Part shown: positions 37,547-46,672 of the stretch, one piece after another | Layout: each line of letters starts with the position of its first letter | How positions within the stretch are numbered: position 1 is the stretch's first letter | DNA from: Candidatus Bathyarchaeia archaeon | GTDB lineage: Archaea > Thermoproteota > Bathyarchaeia > Bathyarchaeales > Bathycorpusculaceae | Reading direction: 5' to 3' | NCBI GenBank assembly: GCA_038883655.1 | Contig: JAVZLQ010000002.1 | Coordinates: 32,001-96,000, forward strand | Length of the DNA: 64,000 nucleotides | Program-made: the position numbers and the translations under genes | The notes under the pieces: generated by a model | Seen by the model: the letters and a program-made list of their open reading frames with translations, nothing else | What the model was told of the DNA's origin: nothing | Databases searched by the model: none

Positions 37547-37661
37547 CTTCTGTGCAATATAAGAACTAACTTGACTTTGTATTTAAGCCAGTGGACGTAG
37601 CGTTCAACAATGACAATTTTTAAACGTGGCAATTATAGTATAATTGAAAAGAGGTGTTAGT

Positions 37662-38621
37662 TTGCCTGAACAATTCAAAACGGTTTTCATCTTTTTGGAC
37701 ACAGATAAACACGCAAGTCCATTCGACATACTAACAACGATAGACACCTTTCCAGATGCCACAATATTGAAGTACGAAAGTGTAACCGCTGAGGACGCTG
37801 AAAAAATAGTTTATGACGCGATGTTTCCAAGGGGACCAGAAGGCGCAAGGCACACGAAAATTTTCATAAACGGACGCGACTTCAAAATGGTGAACGAAAT
37901 TTTGGAAAGAGCCAAAAAATGCATGTTTCCACCCTTTGAACTTTCAGTAATAGTTGACCCGCGAGGCGCGTACACAACGGCAAGCGCTGCAGTAGCAAAA
38001 ACACTGGAACTTTCAGTCGAAAAGAGCTTTGGAGGTTTAGAAGGCAAGAATGTTACTGTTCTAGCTGGAACTGGACCAGTAGGTCAGACTGCTGCGAGGC
38101 TTTATGCTTCTGAAAAGGCGAATGTTATTGTTACGTCGCGTGAGCTTCAAAAAGCTTCTTCCATAGCAGTGAAAATTAATGAGGAATTTGAAGAAGAGCG
38201 AGCCCGGGGAGTTGAAGCTCAAACTCCAGATGAAATTGGAAAAGCCATAGAAAACGCGGATATAGTTTTGTCGGCTGGTGCTGCTGGAACGCAACTGCTT
38301 CCATTGGACGTGCTTAAAGAGTATGGCAGAAAATGTAGAATAGTTGCTGATATTAACGCCATTCCACCGCTAGGTGTTGAGGGTTTAAAGTCAAAGGCTG
38401 AAGGGGAAGAATTTCTGCCGAAAGTTTTCGGGATAGGTGCTTTAGCCATTGGAAAACTAAAAAACAAGGTTGAGGTTGAGCTGATTAAGAGGGCTGCTGA
38501 GGAACCAAAAGGCGTTTTTGACTATAAAATGGCTTATGAAATAGCCAAAAAACTGATAACTGAAAAGCTTAAAGAGAAAAGCAATCAAAAGGTTGAGCCG
38601 CAAAAACATTGGCTGCCATAA
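37662..38621 (+). CDS. NAD(P)-dependent methylene-H4MPT/H4F dehydrogenase (MtdA/B/C family)
   Basis: HASPFD, DAMFPRGP, FPPFELSV.VDPRGAYTTASA, AGTGPVG, DINAIPPLGVEG, GALAIG.LK. Confidence 0.88.
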   Translation: MPEQFKTVFIFLDTDKHASPFDILTTIDTFPDATILKYESVTAEDAEKIVYDAMFPRGPEGARHTKIFINGRDFKMVNEILERAKKCMFPPFELSVIVDPRGAYTTASAAVAKTLELSVEKSFGGLEGKNVTVLAGTGPVGQTAARLYASEKANVIVTSRELQKASSIAVKINEEFEEERARGVEAQTPDEIGKAIENADIVLSAGAAGTQLLPLDVLKEYGRKCRIVADINAIPPLGVEGLKSKAEGEEFLPKVFGIGALAIGKLKNKVEVELIKRAAEEPKGVFDYKMAYEIAKKLITEKLKEKSNQKVEPQKHWLP

Positions 38622-38634
38622 TTAAGTGGTCCTT

Positions 38635-39567
38635 ATGAGCGAAAAAACCTTTCTTTATAAAACTGAAAATGGTGTCACATGCGAGATTGTTGACACTTTT
38701 GCTGAGATGTTTCCGCTTTGGGCTGGACGTGTGCTTATAACTGCTGACAGCGAGAAGTGGGCTTTGAAAGCTGCTGAGGTTGCGACGGGCTTCGCTACAA
38801 GCGTTATAATGTCTCCCGCGGAGGCTGGGATTGAGCGCATTGTCCCAGCGGAAGAAACTCCAGACAAGCGTGTTGGCGTGTTGATTCAAGTTTATAATAG
38901 GAATAGGATTGAGTTGAAGAATCAGCTGATACTGCGTATAGGACAATGCGTAATGACTTGTCCAACAACAGCCGCTTTTGACGCGACGCCAAACGCTAAA
39001 AGGCGTCTGAAGGTTGGGAGAAGCATAAGGTATTTCGGCGATGGGTTCCAAAGGAAAGGCATCGTCGGAGATAGAAAGGTTTGGAAAATCCCAGTAATGG
39101 AAGGCGAGTTCATAGTTGAAGATTCTTTTGGGGCAGCTGAAGCTGTTGCTGGCGGAAACTTCCTTATCTTAGCGCGGGACAAGTTTTCTGGGCTTATGGC
39201 CGCCGAAGAAGCCGTTAAAGCCATAAAGGCAAAAGCCAAAGATGTGATACTCCCTTTTCCAGGTGGAATCTGCCGTTCTGGCTCAAAGGCTGGCTCTTTA
39301 AAGTATAAGCTTAAAGCGTCGACGAATCATCCGTTCTGTCCAGGGTTAAAGGCTGTCGTCCAAGATTCGCAGTTGCCGCAAGACGTTAATTGCGTTTACG
39401 AGATTGTGATTAACGGCTTGACCGTGGATGTGGTTAAGAGGGCTATGGGTGTTGGAGTTAAGGCGGCTGCTGAGGTTCCTGGGGTTGTTAGGATTTCCGC
39501 TGGTAACTATGGCGGAAGGCTTGGTCCATACAAGGCTTTTCTGAAAGAAGTTTTGGAAATCGTTTAG
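38635..39567 (+). CDS. ftr: Formylmethanofuran--H4MPT N-formyltransferase
   Basis: IVDTFAEMF, TGFATS, RIGQCVMTCPT, YFGDG, PVMEGEF, SAGNYGG.LG. Confidence 0.95.
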   Translation: MSEKTFLYKTENGVTCEIVDTFAEMFPLWAGRVLITADSEKWALKAAEVATGFATSVIMSPAEAGIERIVPAEETPDKRVGVLIQVYNRNRIELKNQLILRIGQCVMTCPTTAAFDATPNAKRRLKVGRSIRYFGDGFQRKGIVGDRKVWKIPVMEGEFIVEDSFGAAEAVAGGNFLILARDKFSGLMAAEEAVKAIKAKAKDVILPFPGGICRSGSKAGSLKYKLKASTNHPFCPGLKAVVQDSQLPQDVNCVYEIVINGLTVDVVKRAMGVGVKAAAEVPGVVRISAGNYGGRLGPYKAFLKEVLEIV

Positions 39568-39642
39568 GCTTCTTTTTTCCTAAACTTTTATTTGACACAG
39601 TGCCATCTAGCTTTTGGCTAAAGCGTAATCAGTGAGAAACAG

Positions 39643-40908
39643 TTGAGCACAACAAAAAGGACATCCCTTGAACTGTTCAGACTCAAAAAGACACTGATGA
39701 CTCTAGCCAATAAAGAAGGGCGCGGAACAGAACTCGTTTCGCTTTATATCCCGCCTGGAAAGCAGATAAGCGAAGTCATGAATATGCTTAGAGACGAGTA
39801 TGGGACAGCCTCAAACATCAAATCCACGACTACACGCAAAAATGTTCAAGACGCCATCGTGAAAGTTCAGCAACGCCTAAAACTCTTCAAGGAAACTCCA
39901 GAAACTGGACTCGTAATCTTTTGCGGAGCCATTCCACAGAACGGCACTGGAAGCGAGAAAATCGAAACATACGTGATAATTCCGCCAGAACCAATAAACA
40001 TCTACCTCTACCGCTGCGACTCGCGATTTCACACCGAACATTTGCAAGAACTTTTACGCGAAAAAGAAACTTACGGCATAATCCTAATAGACTCTTCAGA
40101 TGCCACGCTTGCAACACTCCGCGGAAGAAGACTCGAAATAGTCAGGGAAATAAGCTCAGGCGTGCCTGGAAAAACCCGTGCTGGCGGGCAGTCAGCCAGA
40201 CGATATGAGAGGCTTAGGGAGATGCGCCTCCAAGACTATTTTAGGCGTGTAGGCGAACACGCAAATGAAACTTTTCTGCCGATAGGGGATTTGAAGGGAC
40301 TTATAATTGCTGGTCCAGGACCGACGAAGTATGATTTTGAGAAGGGCGATTACCTTAATTACATGTTAAAAGAGAAGGTTTTGGATGTTGTGGACACGGC
40401 TTATGTTGGCGAGCAAGGCGTTAAAGAGGTTGTTGACAAGGCTCCAGAAATAATGCGCAAAGTGCGCTATATCGAGGAGAGGCATCTTGTTCAGCAATTT
40501 CTATACGAGATTGGACACGACACTGGACTGGCAACATACGGCGAAGAGGAAGTGCGAAAAGCCTTAGAAGCTGGAGCCGTTAGGACGCTGCTCCTTTCAG
40601 AAGGAATTGACATTGTACGCGTCACGGTGAAGTGCAGTGCATGCGGCTACCAAGAACAGCAAACCATTAAAGGTCAAATGCTTACGAATTTCGAGCAGAG
40701 CCTTTCCGGTAAGCCTTGTCCAAAATGTAATGCGCCATCATTGGCAATAGCTGAAACTCAAGAGTTGATAGAGAATTTTGCACAGTTGGCTGAGTACACA
40801 AACACCGAAGTGGAGATAATCTCGAGCGAAACCGAGGAGGGGCACATGCTCAAAAACTCCTTCGGTGGAATCGCAGCCATCCTTCGGTTCAAACTGCAAA
40901 ATCAGTAG
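39643..40908 (+). CDS. prf1: Peptide chain release factor aRF1
   Basis: TASNIKS, YRCDSRF, GGQSARRY, FGGIAAILRF; Zn-ribbon insert. Confidence 0.97.
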   Translation: MSTTKRTSLELFRLKKTLMTLANKEGRGTELVSLYIPPGKQISEVMNMLRDEYGTASNIKSTTTRKNVQDAIVKVQQRLKLFKETPETGLVIFCGAIPQNGTGSEKIETYVIIPPEPINIYLYRCDSRFHTEHLQELLREKETYGIILIDSSDATLATLRGRRLEIVREISSGVPGKTRAGGQSARRYERLREMRLQDYFRRVGEHANETFLPIGDLKGLIIAGPGPTKYDFEKGDYLNYMLKEKVLDVVDTAYVGEQGVKEVVDKAPEIMRKVRYIEERHLVQQFLYEIGHDTGLATYGEEEVRKALEAGAVRTLLLSEGIDIVRVTVKCSACGYQEQQTIKGQMLTNFEQSLSGKPCPKCNAPSLAIAETQELIENFAQLAEYTNTEVEIISSETEEGHMLKNSFGGIAAILRFKLQNQ

Positions 40909-40984
40909 GCGTCAAAATCAATTAGATGTAAAATTTGCGAAAAAGGTTATTTTTGTAATAGCCCAGCATTATTCGGGCATCGAA

Positions 40985-42085
40985 ATGAAGTGGCACTCGC
41001 TTTACCTTGAATGGTACGTGAAAGTTCCAACTGTAAAGTTCGATTTCCGTTCGAGTGGTCTCGCCTATCTGAAACTTGACTTGACATTGGGCGAAGTTGA
41101 TTTAAGCGTCAACTATGCTCACGGCAACCCAGAAACAGCCAAACTTTTAGCAAGAAGATATGGCGTGGAGCCTAAAAACGTGTTCATTTCAAGTGACGGT
41201 GCATCTGGTCAAAACGTGCGCATAATAATGGTATTAGCCGAAAAGAGCCGCAAAAAAGAGGCTGTTGTCGAGTATCCCACATACGAGCCACTGCTGCGTC
41301 AAGTTCAAGAATATTTTCCTCGTGTAAAGAGGCTGGAGCGAAAAGCGGAAGATGGTTATAGGCTTGACGCTGATGCTCTGCGGGAGGTTGTTTCAGACAA
41401 AACTGGACTACTTGTTATTACGAATCCTCATGCGCCAAGTGGGGCAGTAGCCACAAAAAGCGATTTAAGCGAAGTTATGGCTGTCGCCAAAGAATATGGC
41501 TTTTACGTGTTGTGCGATGAGATATACGCGGAGTTTGAAAGGGTAAGCATACAAACTGCTTTCTCGATTGATGAAGAGTTTGGAATAACAACCACAAGCT
41601 TCAGTAAGGCTTATGGTTTGGGCGGTTTAAGGCTTGGTGTGGCTTTAGCTTCAGAAAAGCTTGTTGATGAGCTTTACGCTGATACGCTAGGCACAATTGG
41701 AAACAGCTCTAACATGGTCCAATTCATAGCGGCAAAACTGCTGAGAGATGACATTCGAAAACTTGAGGGACACAAGCTTAGGTGGAGCGCGCTTAAAAGG
41801 GAAACTGAAGAATGGCTTGATGCAAAGGAATTTGAGTATTTTCAGAACAAGTTTGGCATCACCTACTGGGTTAAAACGCCAATAAAAGACACTTACAAGT
41901 GGGTTAATGAAACGGCGATACCGAAACACTGCGTGGCACCAGTGCCAGGCGCCTTCTTTCTATTCAAAAGCGGCTACACAATTGTCAATTCAAGTATGAT
42001 TAGGCTGGGACTCGGCAACATAAATCCTGAGAATCCAAACTTGCAATTGGCACTTGAAGCATTATGGAAAGCCATTAATGGGTAG
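40985..42085 (+). CDS. PLP-dependent aminotransferase class I/II
   Basis: PTYEP, ITNPHAPSG, CDEIY, SFSKAYGLGGLRLG. Confidence 0.9.
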   Translation: MKWHSLYLEWYVKVPTVKFDFRSSGLAYLKLDLTLGEVDLSVNYAHGNPETAKLLARRYGVEPKNVFISSDGASGQNVRIIMVLAEKSRKKEAVVEYPTYEPLLRQVQEYFPRVKRLERKAEDGYRLDADALREVVSDKTGLLVITNPHAPSGAVATKSDLSEVMAVAKEYGFYVLCDEIYAEFERVSIQTAFSIDEEFGITTTSFSKAYGLGGLRLGVALASEKLVDELYADTLGTIGNSSNMVQFIAAKLLRDDIRKLEGHKLRWSALKRETEEWLDAKEFEYFQNKFGITYWVKTPIKDTYKWVNETAIPKHCVAPVPGAFFLFKSGYTIVNSSMIRLGLGNINPENPNLQLALEALWKAING

Positions 42086-42121
42086 AGTAAGCTTATTTTT
42101 CTAAATATCACTCTATGCAGT

Positions 42122-42622
42122 GTGTGGTTTAGGATGAACTGTGAAGCTGAAATTTTTGCGTGTTCTTTAAAGCATGTTGAAAATTTTGCCGCGGAACTAA
42201 AAGAGCTCTGGCTAGGTTTAGCTCGCGAGACGTTTGAAATTGAGCCTTTCATAACGCCATCAGAAGCTAACAGTAACAAGTGGTTTAAGTTTGTGCGTGA
42301 AAGCTTGGCTTGTGAAAAGGGCTTATTGCTTGTTGCCAGAAGCGAGGGGAAGATTGTTGGGTTTCTCTTCGCCAGCGTGAGACGTGATTTTCCCTTAGAA
42401 ACTTCCAAAATTGTGGGCGTGATAAATGATGTTTATGTTTTGCCCACATTTCGTAGGAGAGGCACGGGAAGGAGACTTATTGTAGAATTTCTTGGGAGGG
42501 TGAAGGAGTTGGGTGTGGACAGCGTGTTTCTCTCCGTTCTGGCAAAGAACACAAACGCCATAAAGCTGTATGAGAATTTTAACTTTAAAATCTATAGTTA
42601 TACTATGGTGAAGAAGCTGTAG
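42122..42622 (+). CDS. GNAT-family N-acetyltransferase
   Basis: VYVLPTFRRRGTGRRL, NTNAIKLYENFNF. Confidence 0.9.
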   Translation: MWFRMNCEAEIFACSLKHVENFAAELKELWLGLARETFEIEPFITPSEANSNKWFKFVRESLACEKGLLLVARSEGKIVGFLFASVRRDFPLETSKIVGVINDVYVLPTFRRRGTGRRLIVEFLGRVKELGVDSVFLSVLAKNTNAIKLYENFNFKIYSYTMVKKL

Positions 42623-42627
42623 GAGCA

Positions 42628-44226
42628 TTAAACTTTTTGAGCATTATACATTCTTATCAGTTCTTTTAATGCCCAGCTGAACTTTTTCTGTAAAGTTTTT
42701 GGATAAAGCTTTACGGGGTTAAATTTCACTTTTGCAGCCCACTGCGCATAAACCCGCGGGTCAATGTAGGACTTAAGCGAAGTCCCCAAATTCCATTCTC
42801 TAGTTTCCTTCATCAAGGCGATGTCAAACTTCACTTTTTCAATCCTCGTCATAATCGCTTCCGTGCTCTTCCCCTTTTCTGCTCTTTCTTTCAGTTGAAG
42901 CTGTAACTCCTTAAGTCTAGCCTCCTTTTTTGCGAGTCGCTCTTCAAAGTTTGCTGGAACCTTCTTCTTGTGGTTGGCTACTTTTGCGCCTTCAAGGTTC
43001 GCCATTTTCGCGTGGAACTGTTTCACGTATTCTGGATCTGTCTCTTTAACCTCACATTTTTCTAGGTATTCCCTCACAGCCTTCGTTGTTCTCCATGTCC
43101 TAAAAACCTTGGCTGTTAAACCCTTCATCTTTTCTGAGAGGAACCGTGAAACTTTCTTTGAGTTTATCCCTTCGAACAAGTACTCTTTGCATGTTTTCAT
43201 GCAATGTTCAATATTTTTAATCACAGATTGCGGCGCCCTTATGGATTTTTCCCATCTGACTGCGTCTTTTCCCAAAAAGTCAAAATGCAATATATTACCG
43301 TCTATTTTGATGTGTTCTGGTCGCAATGTTATGGCGCCGACGGTGTCCGCTTCTCCTGGGTCTTTTTCGTCGCCGACACGCATGTTTAGCGCGTGAATTA
43401 GCCAGCTTACAGTTGCCACTTTTCGTCTTTCCTCGTCCCGCGCATTAAGGTTCTTCATTATGTGTTCTTCGATTTTGGGGATTAAATCGCCGAGTTTTTC
43501 AGCTTTTCTATACTTTTCATATTCCCTTCTCTGTTTTACGAATGCTGAATCGGAAAACCACACGTACTTTATTTTGCCGGTTAGCTTATCTTGCCACTTT
43601 GCAATGTAAAGCTTATCTGGCTCCCAAACGATGTCCTTCCAGTTTCCAGGCGGTCTAGGCGCGTCTGGCGAAAGGTTTAGGATAATGTCCTCTTCGCTTG
43701 GTCCTTCTTTCCATCTGCCCCTTTTCGGGTGGTCGCCCCTTCCAACAAATATGCATGATGGTTCGGCTGTCCAGTTTGCAATTTCTATTCGCCTTCCATT
43801 CACGATGGCGTAGCCAAACCTTTTCTTTAGCTCTTCTCTTTGGGCTTTTCGTTGTTTCGCAAGCCTCTTTTTCTCGCTTTTTGTCAAATTCTGCTTCTTC
43901 TGCTTCTCCTGTTCCAAGTAAGCGAGAATTTCTGAAAAATCAATTTCTGATTGGACTGTTGCTTGTGGCTGAAAATCGTTTTCCTCTATACTTTTCAAGT
44001 GTTCAGCATGGAAAGTGTCGAGGAATTCTAGCTGTGGGTTTTCTATTTTCAGCTGCCGAAGAAAATCTTGGATAAAGTTCTTGTAGAAGACTTTGTCTGG
44101 CGGAGATGCGGACTGCACCTTTTTGATTAGGGCGATTGCCATCTGCTCTGTTTTTGGACCAAGTTTTACGGTGTGTCCTCTTATTTTTATTTGGAATCCC
44201 TTGTATTCGAATTGCGGAACGTACAC
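42628..44226 (-). CDS. DNA topoisomerase IB (eukaryote-like); true start may lie upstream near 44265
   Basis: GRGDHPKRG.WK, MRVGDEKD..EADTVG, FDFLGKD, TAKVFRT, ANHKK, catalytic SLKSYIDPR. Confidence 0.95.
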   Translation of the reverse strand: MYVPQFEYKGFQIKIRGHTVKLGPKTEQMAIALIKKVQSASPPDKVFYKNFIQDFLRQLKIENPQLEFLDTFHAEHLKSIEENDFQPQATVQSEIDFSEILAYLEQEKQKKQNLTKSEKKRLAKQRKAQREELKKRFGYAIVNGRRIEIANWTAEPSCIFVGRGDHPKRGRWKEGPSEEDIILNLSPDAPRPPGNWKDIVWEPDKLYIAKWQDKLTGKIKYVWFSDSAFVKQRREYEKYRKAEKLGDLIPKIEEHIMKNLNARDEERRKVATVSWLIHALNMRVGDEKDPGEADTVGAITLRPEHIKIDGNILHFDFLGKDAVRWEKSIRAPQSVIKNIEHCMKTCKEYLFEGINSKKVSRFLSEKMKGLTAKVFRTWRTTKAVREYLEKCEVKETDPEYVKQFHAKMANLEGAKVANHKKKVPANFEERLAKKEARLKELQLQLKERAEKGKSTEAIMTRIEKVKFDIALMKETREWNLGTSLKSYIDPRVYAQWAAKVKFNPVKLYPKTLQKKFSWALKELIRMYNAQKV

Positions 44227-44318
44227 GCCGTTATGCCATAAGCTTTTTAGTTCGTGTTTAGCCGTGGTTCATCCCATGGAGCTTTTCTTTCTCATTCATT
44301 TTGGCTGCTTAAAAACCT

Positions 44319-44714
44319 TCACCACGAATTCTGCTTATTCCTATTTTGTTTTAGCCTCTTGTAGAGCTGCTCAACCTTTTCGCGGCTTATGTAACCCTTG
44401 TGCGGTCTGAAACCGCCAGAAAAGCCATGCGGAATATGCAATAACTCGTGAATCAGCGTTTTCTCTTTTTCCTCCTCCGACAGCCTATCATAACGTTCGG
44501 AGATAACCTCAATAATGTATGTTGGCGGAAGGTTAAGCGTTTCTTGCCAAATCTTGCCCAAACCATGAATACGTGCGATTGTGCGCGTGGATTTTGAGCC
44601 TTTGCTTCTGACGCAGAACACGAACTGCGGCGTTATGTGAAATAGGTTTAGGGTTGAGGCGATTTCGTCAACACGCTTTTTCACGTCTGATGCTTCAAAA
44701 TACTTTATTGGCAT
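44319..44714 (-). CDS. Putative zincin metallopeptidase
   Basis: RS.GS...TIARIHGL, YIIEVISE, IHELLHIP..FSGGFRPH. Confidence 0.78.
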   Translation of the reverse strand: MPIKYFEASDVKKRVDEIASTLNLFHITPQFVFCVRSKGSKSTRTIARIHGLGKIWQETLNLPPTYIIEVISERYDRLSEEEKEKTLIHELLHIPHGFSGGFRPHKGYISREKVEQLYKRLKQNRNKQNSW

Positions 44715-44745
44715 AGGCTTTCGCTTTTACGATTTTGCACGCTTG

Positions 44746-46374
44746 CTAAATTAACTTTTGCCGCTTCAAAATTCTCTTTTTAGCCAAGAAATACACGATT
44801 ACAGTGCTTGCCACCAGCGTAGTTAATATCATAAGTGGTGTTAACTCCGGAATGAGGTTTGGAGATTCTCTAATCGCCGCGAGAAGAGCCACCTTTATGT
44901 GGTCTTCGAGGTCTTTAAGCTCAACCCAGTTTGGTGTGGTTGAATTGTCGTATGCCGTGTGAATCCAGCCAGCTTCACCCATATTCCACAAATCACTGTA
45001 GAAAAGCGGATAAGAGCAAAGCATGGCGCTTGACAATACTGACGTAGCATCAGAAATGCCCAAATCAACGCCCCAATACCACAAAATGGCATCGTTTATG
45101 TCGCTTGGCACTCTAAAAGATTCCTGGTCTGAACCACCAGCGTCTTCTAAAGTAATGCTTATGCCTAAGTCTTGAGCTGCGTCTATTATTCTCTGTGCCA
45201 AGTTGCTTCCCGGCGTGTCCGTAACGTATAGGTAGTCGCTTCCAATGCAGTCTAGGTTGATTACGGCTGTTATGTTCGCCATTTCGCTTTTGTGCTGCGT
45301 CACGTAGTTTGCTGAACCGACAAGGTACAGTTCTTCTGCTGCGAAGGCTATGAAAAGAAGTGTGCGATTTGGCTGGTAAAGACCGCTGTTAATAGCGTCA
45401 GTGATTACTTTTGCTATTTCGATTATTCCAGCAGTTCCAGCCCCGTTGTCGCAGAAGCCAGCACACATAACAGTGTCGTAGTGGCTTGAAATTATCACGG
45501 TTTCTTCTGGATTTGCATATCCGCCTATTTTTCCAACAACATTGTAATGCGTTCCATCGCCTATAACAGCCCTAATGGTAACGTTAGCAGAAAGCGCAGC
45601 ATTGTATACTTCTTTCTCTCTGATTAGTAAGCCATCCCAATAGTCCACAAAGCCCACTGGAACTTGGCAATCCCAGAAATATGGACCAAAACCGCTTAAT
45701 GGGCGTCCACCAGCCGAAGAATGCATTGGCGGAGTGAAGTTCTTTCTTTCATCCCACCATGTGAAAACAACAGCCGCTGGTCTTTGATAATGCAACTTGT
45801 TTACAAACGCGCTTTCATAAGAAGAGCCTCGCACCTCTCTGCCAATCAAAACAACCTTTCCAGTGGTATTTATAGCACTCCAATCCGCTCCCAGCGGCAA
45901 AATTACAAGGTCTGCGAAAACCCCATCATCTGGCGTTGGCCAACTATAATGTTCGCATTGAAAAGATTCTATCACCGTCTGATCCTCAGTTGTGCTTTGG
46001 TTTCCGTCCTCGTCAATGATTAGGGAAGGCTTTTCGCTTAATGTCCAATTTTTGAAAGTGAAAGGCTCAAGCCAAGCATCCAAACCAAAACTCTCAAACT
46101 GCGCCTTAATCCAATGAGCTGCTTCAAGCGCGCCTAAAGAACCAGCAGAACGAAAATCTGGATGGGCGAGAGCGATGCTTTCCAACTGCAAGTCGTAGCC
46201 ATAAGCCCTAGTTTCATTAACAAGCTCAACAATCTGCTCCTCAAGATCGTTCAAACCAGAACTCATAGAACCATAAACAACACTCATATGAAACGGCAGC
46301 AAAGACGAAGCCAAAACCAAAAACCCCAATAACAGCGCAAAAAATTGCTTCTTCACCGAAACCGCCTCATCCAA
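44746..46374 (-). CDS. Secreted/membrane-anchored M28 aminopeptidase with PA domain
   Basis: Signal peptide; SSHYDT, DNGAGTA, AAEE, NLDCIG, GSDQ.SF, IHTAYD; C-terminal IPEL-TM-basic tail. Confidence 0.88.
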   Translation of the reverse strand: MDEAVSVKKQFFALLLGFLVLASSLLPFHMSVVYGSMSSGLNDLEEQIVELVNETRAYGYDLQLESIALAHPDFRSAGSLGALEAAHWIKAQFESFGLDAWLEPFTFKNWTLSEKPSLIIDEDGNQSTTEDQTVIESFQCEHYSWPTPDDGVFADLVILPLGADWSAINTTGKVVLIGREVRGSSYESAFVNKLHYQRPAAVVFTWWDERKNFTPPMHSSAGGRPLSGFGPYFWDCQVPVGFVDYWDGLLIREKEVYNAALSANVTIRAVIGDGTHYNVVGKIGGYANPEETVIISSHYDTVMCAGFCDNGAGTAGIIEIAKVITDAINSGLYQPNRTLLFIAFAAEELYLVGSANYVTQHKSEMANITAVINLDCIGSDYLYVTDTPGSNLAQRIIDAAQDLGISITLEDAGGSDQESFRVPSDINDAILWYWGVDLGISDATSVLSSAMLCSYPLFYSDLWNMGEAGWIHTAYDNSTTPNWVELKDLEDHIKVALLAAIRESPNLIPELTPLMILTTLVASTVIVYFLAKKRILKRQKLI

Positions 46375-46411
46375 TAATCTGTAAAATGAGCTAATAAGCC
46401 TAACGAAACAG

Positions 46412-46486
46412 TGGACCGGGCGGGATTTGAACCCGCGGCTTCCGCCTTGCGAAGGCGGCGATCGTACCAGGCTGATCTACCGGCCC
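46412..46486 (-). tRNA. tRNA-Ala(CGC)
   Basis: GGGCCGGTAGATCAGCCTGGTACGATCG-CCGCC-TTCGCAA-GGCGG-AAGCCGCGGGTTCAAATCCCGCCCGGTCCA; G3:U70 identity pair; no intron. Confidence 0.95.
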
Positions 46487-46672
46487 TCTACGTGCTTTTA
46501 TGGGTTTATTTAATAATTTTAGGGTTTCTGGTTTTGGTTGTGGCTTTATTTTATCTTTTGCTAGGCTCTGCTTTGGCTCAAAGTTTGTGGCTGGCGTGAA
46601 TTTTCTTCGATATCGTTGAATGGAACGTTGTACAGCAAAGTTGGGGTTATACATTTTTGTTGTGGCGGATAA

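Noticed and set aside
44269-44271. Selenocysteine recoding of the TGA upstream of topIB
   Set aside because: Not a Cys-homologous or redox position, and no SECIS or Sec machinery is visible.
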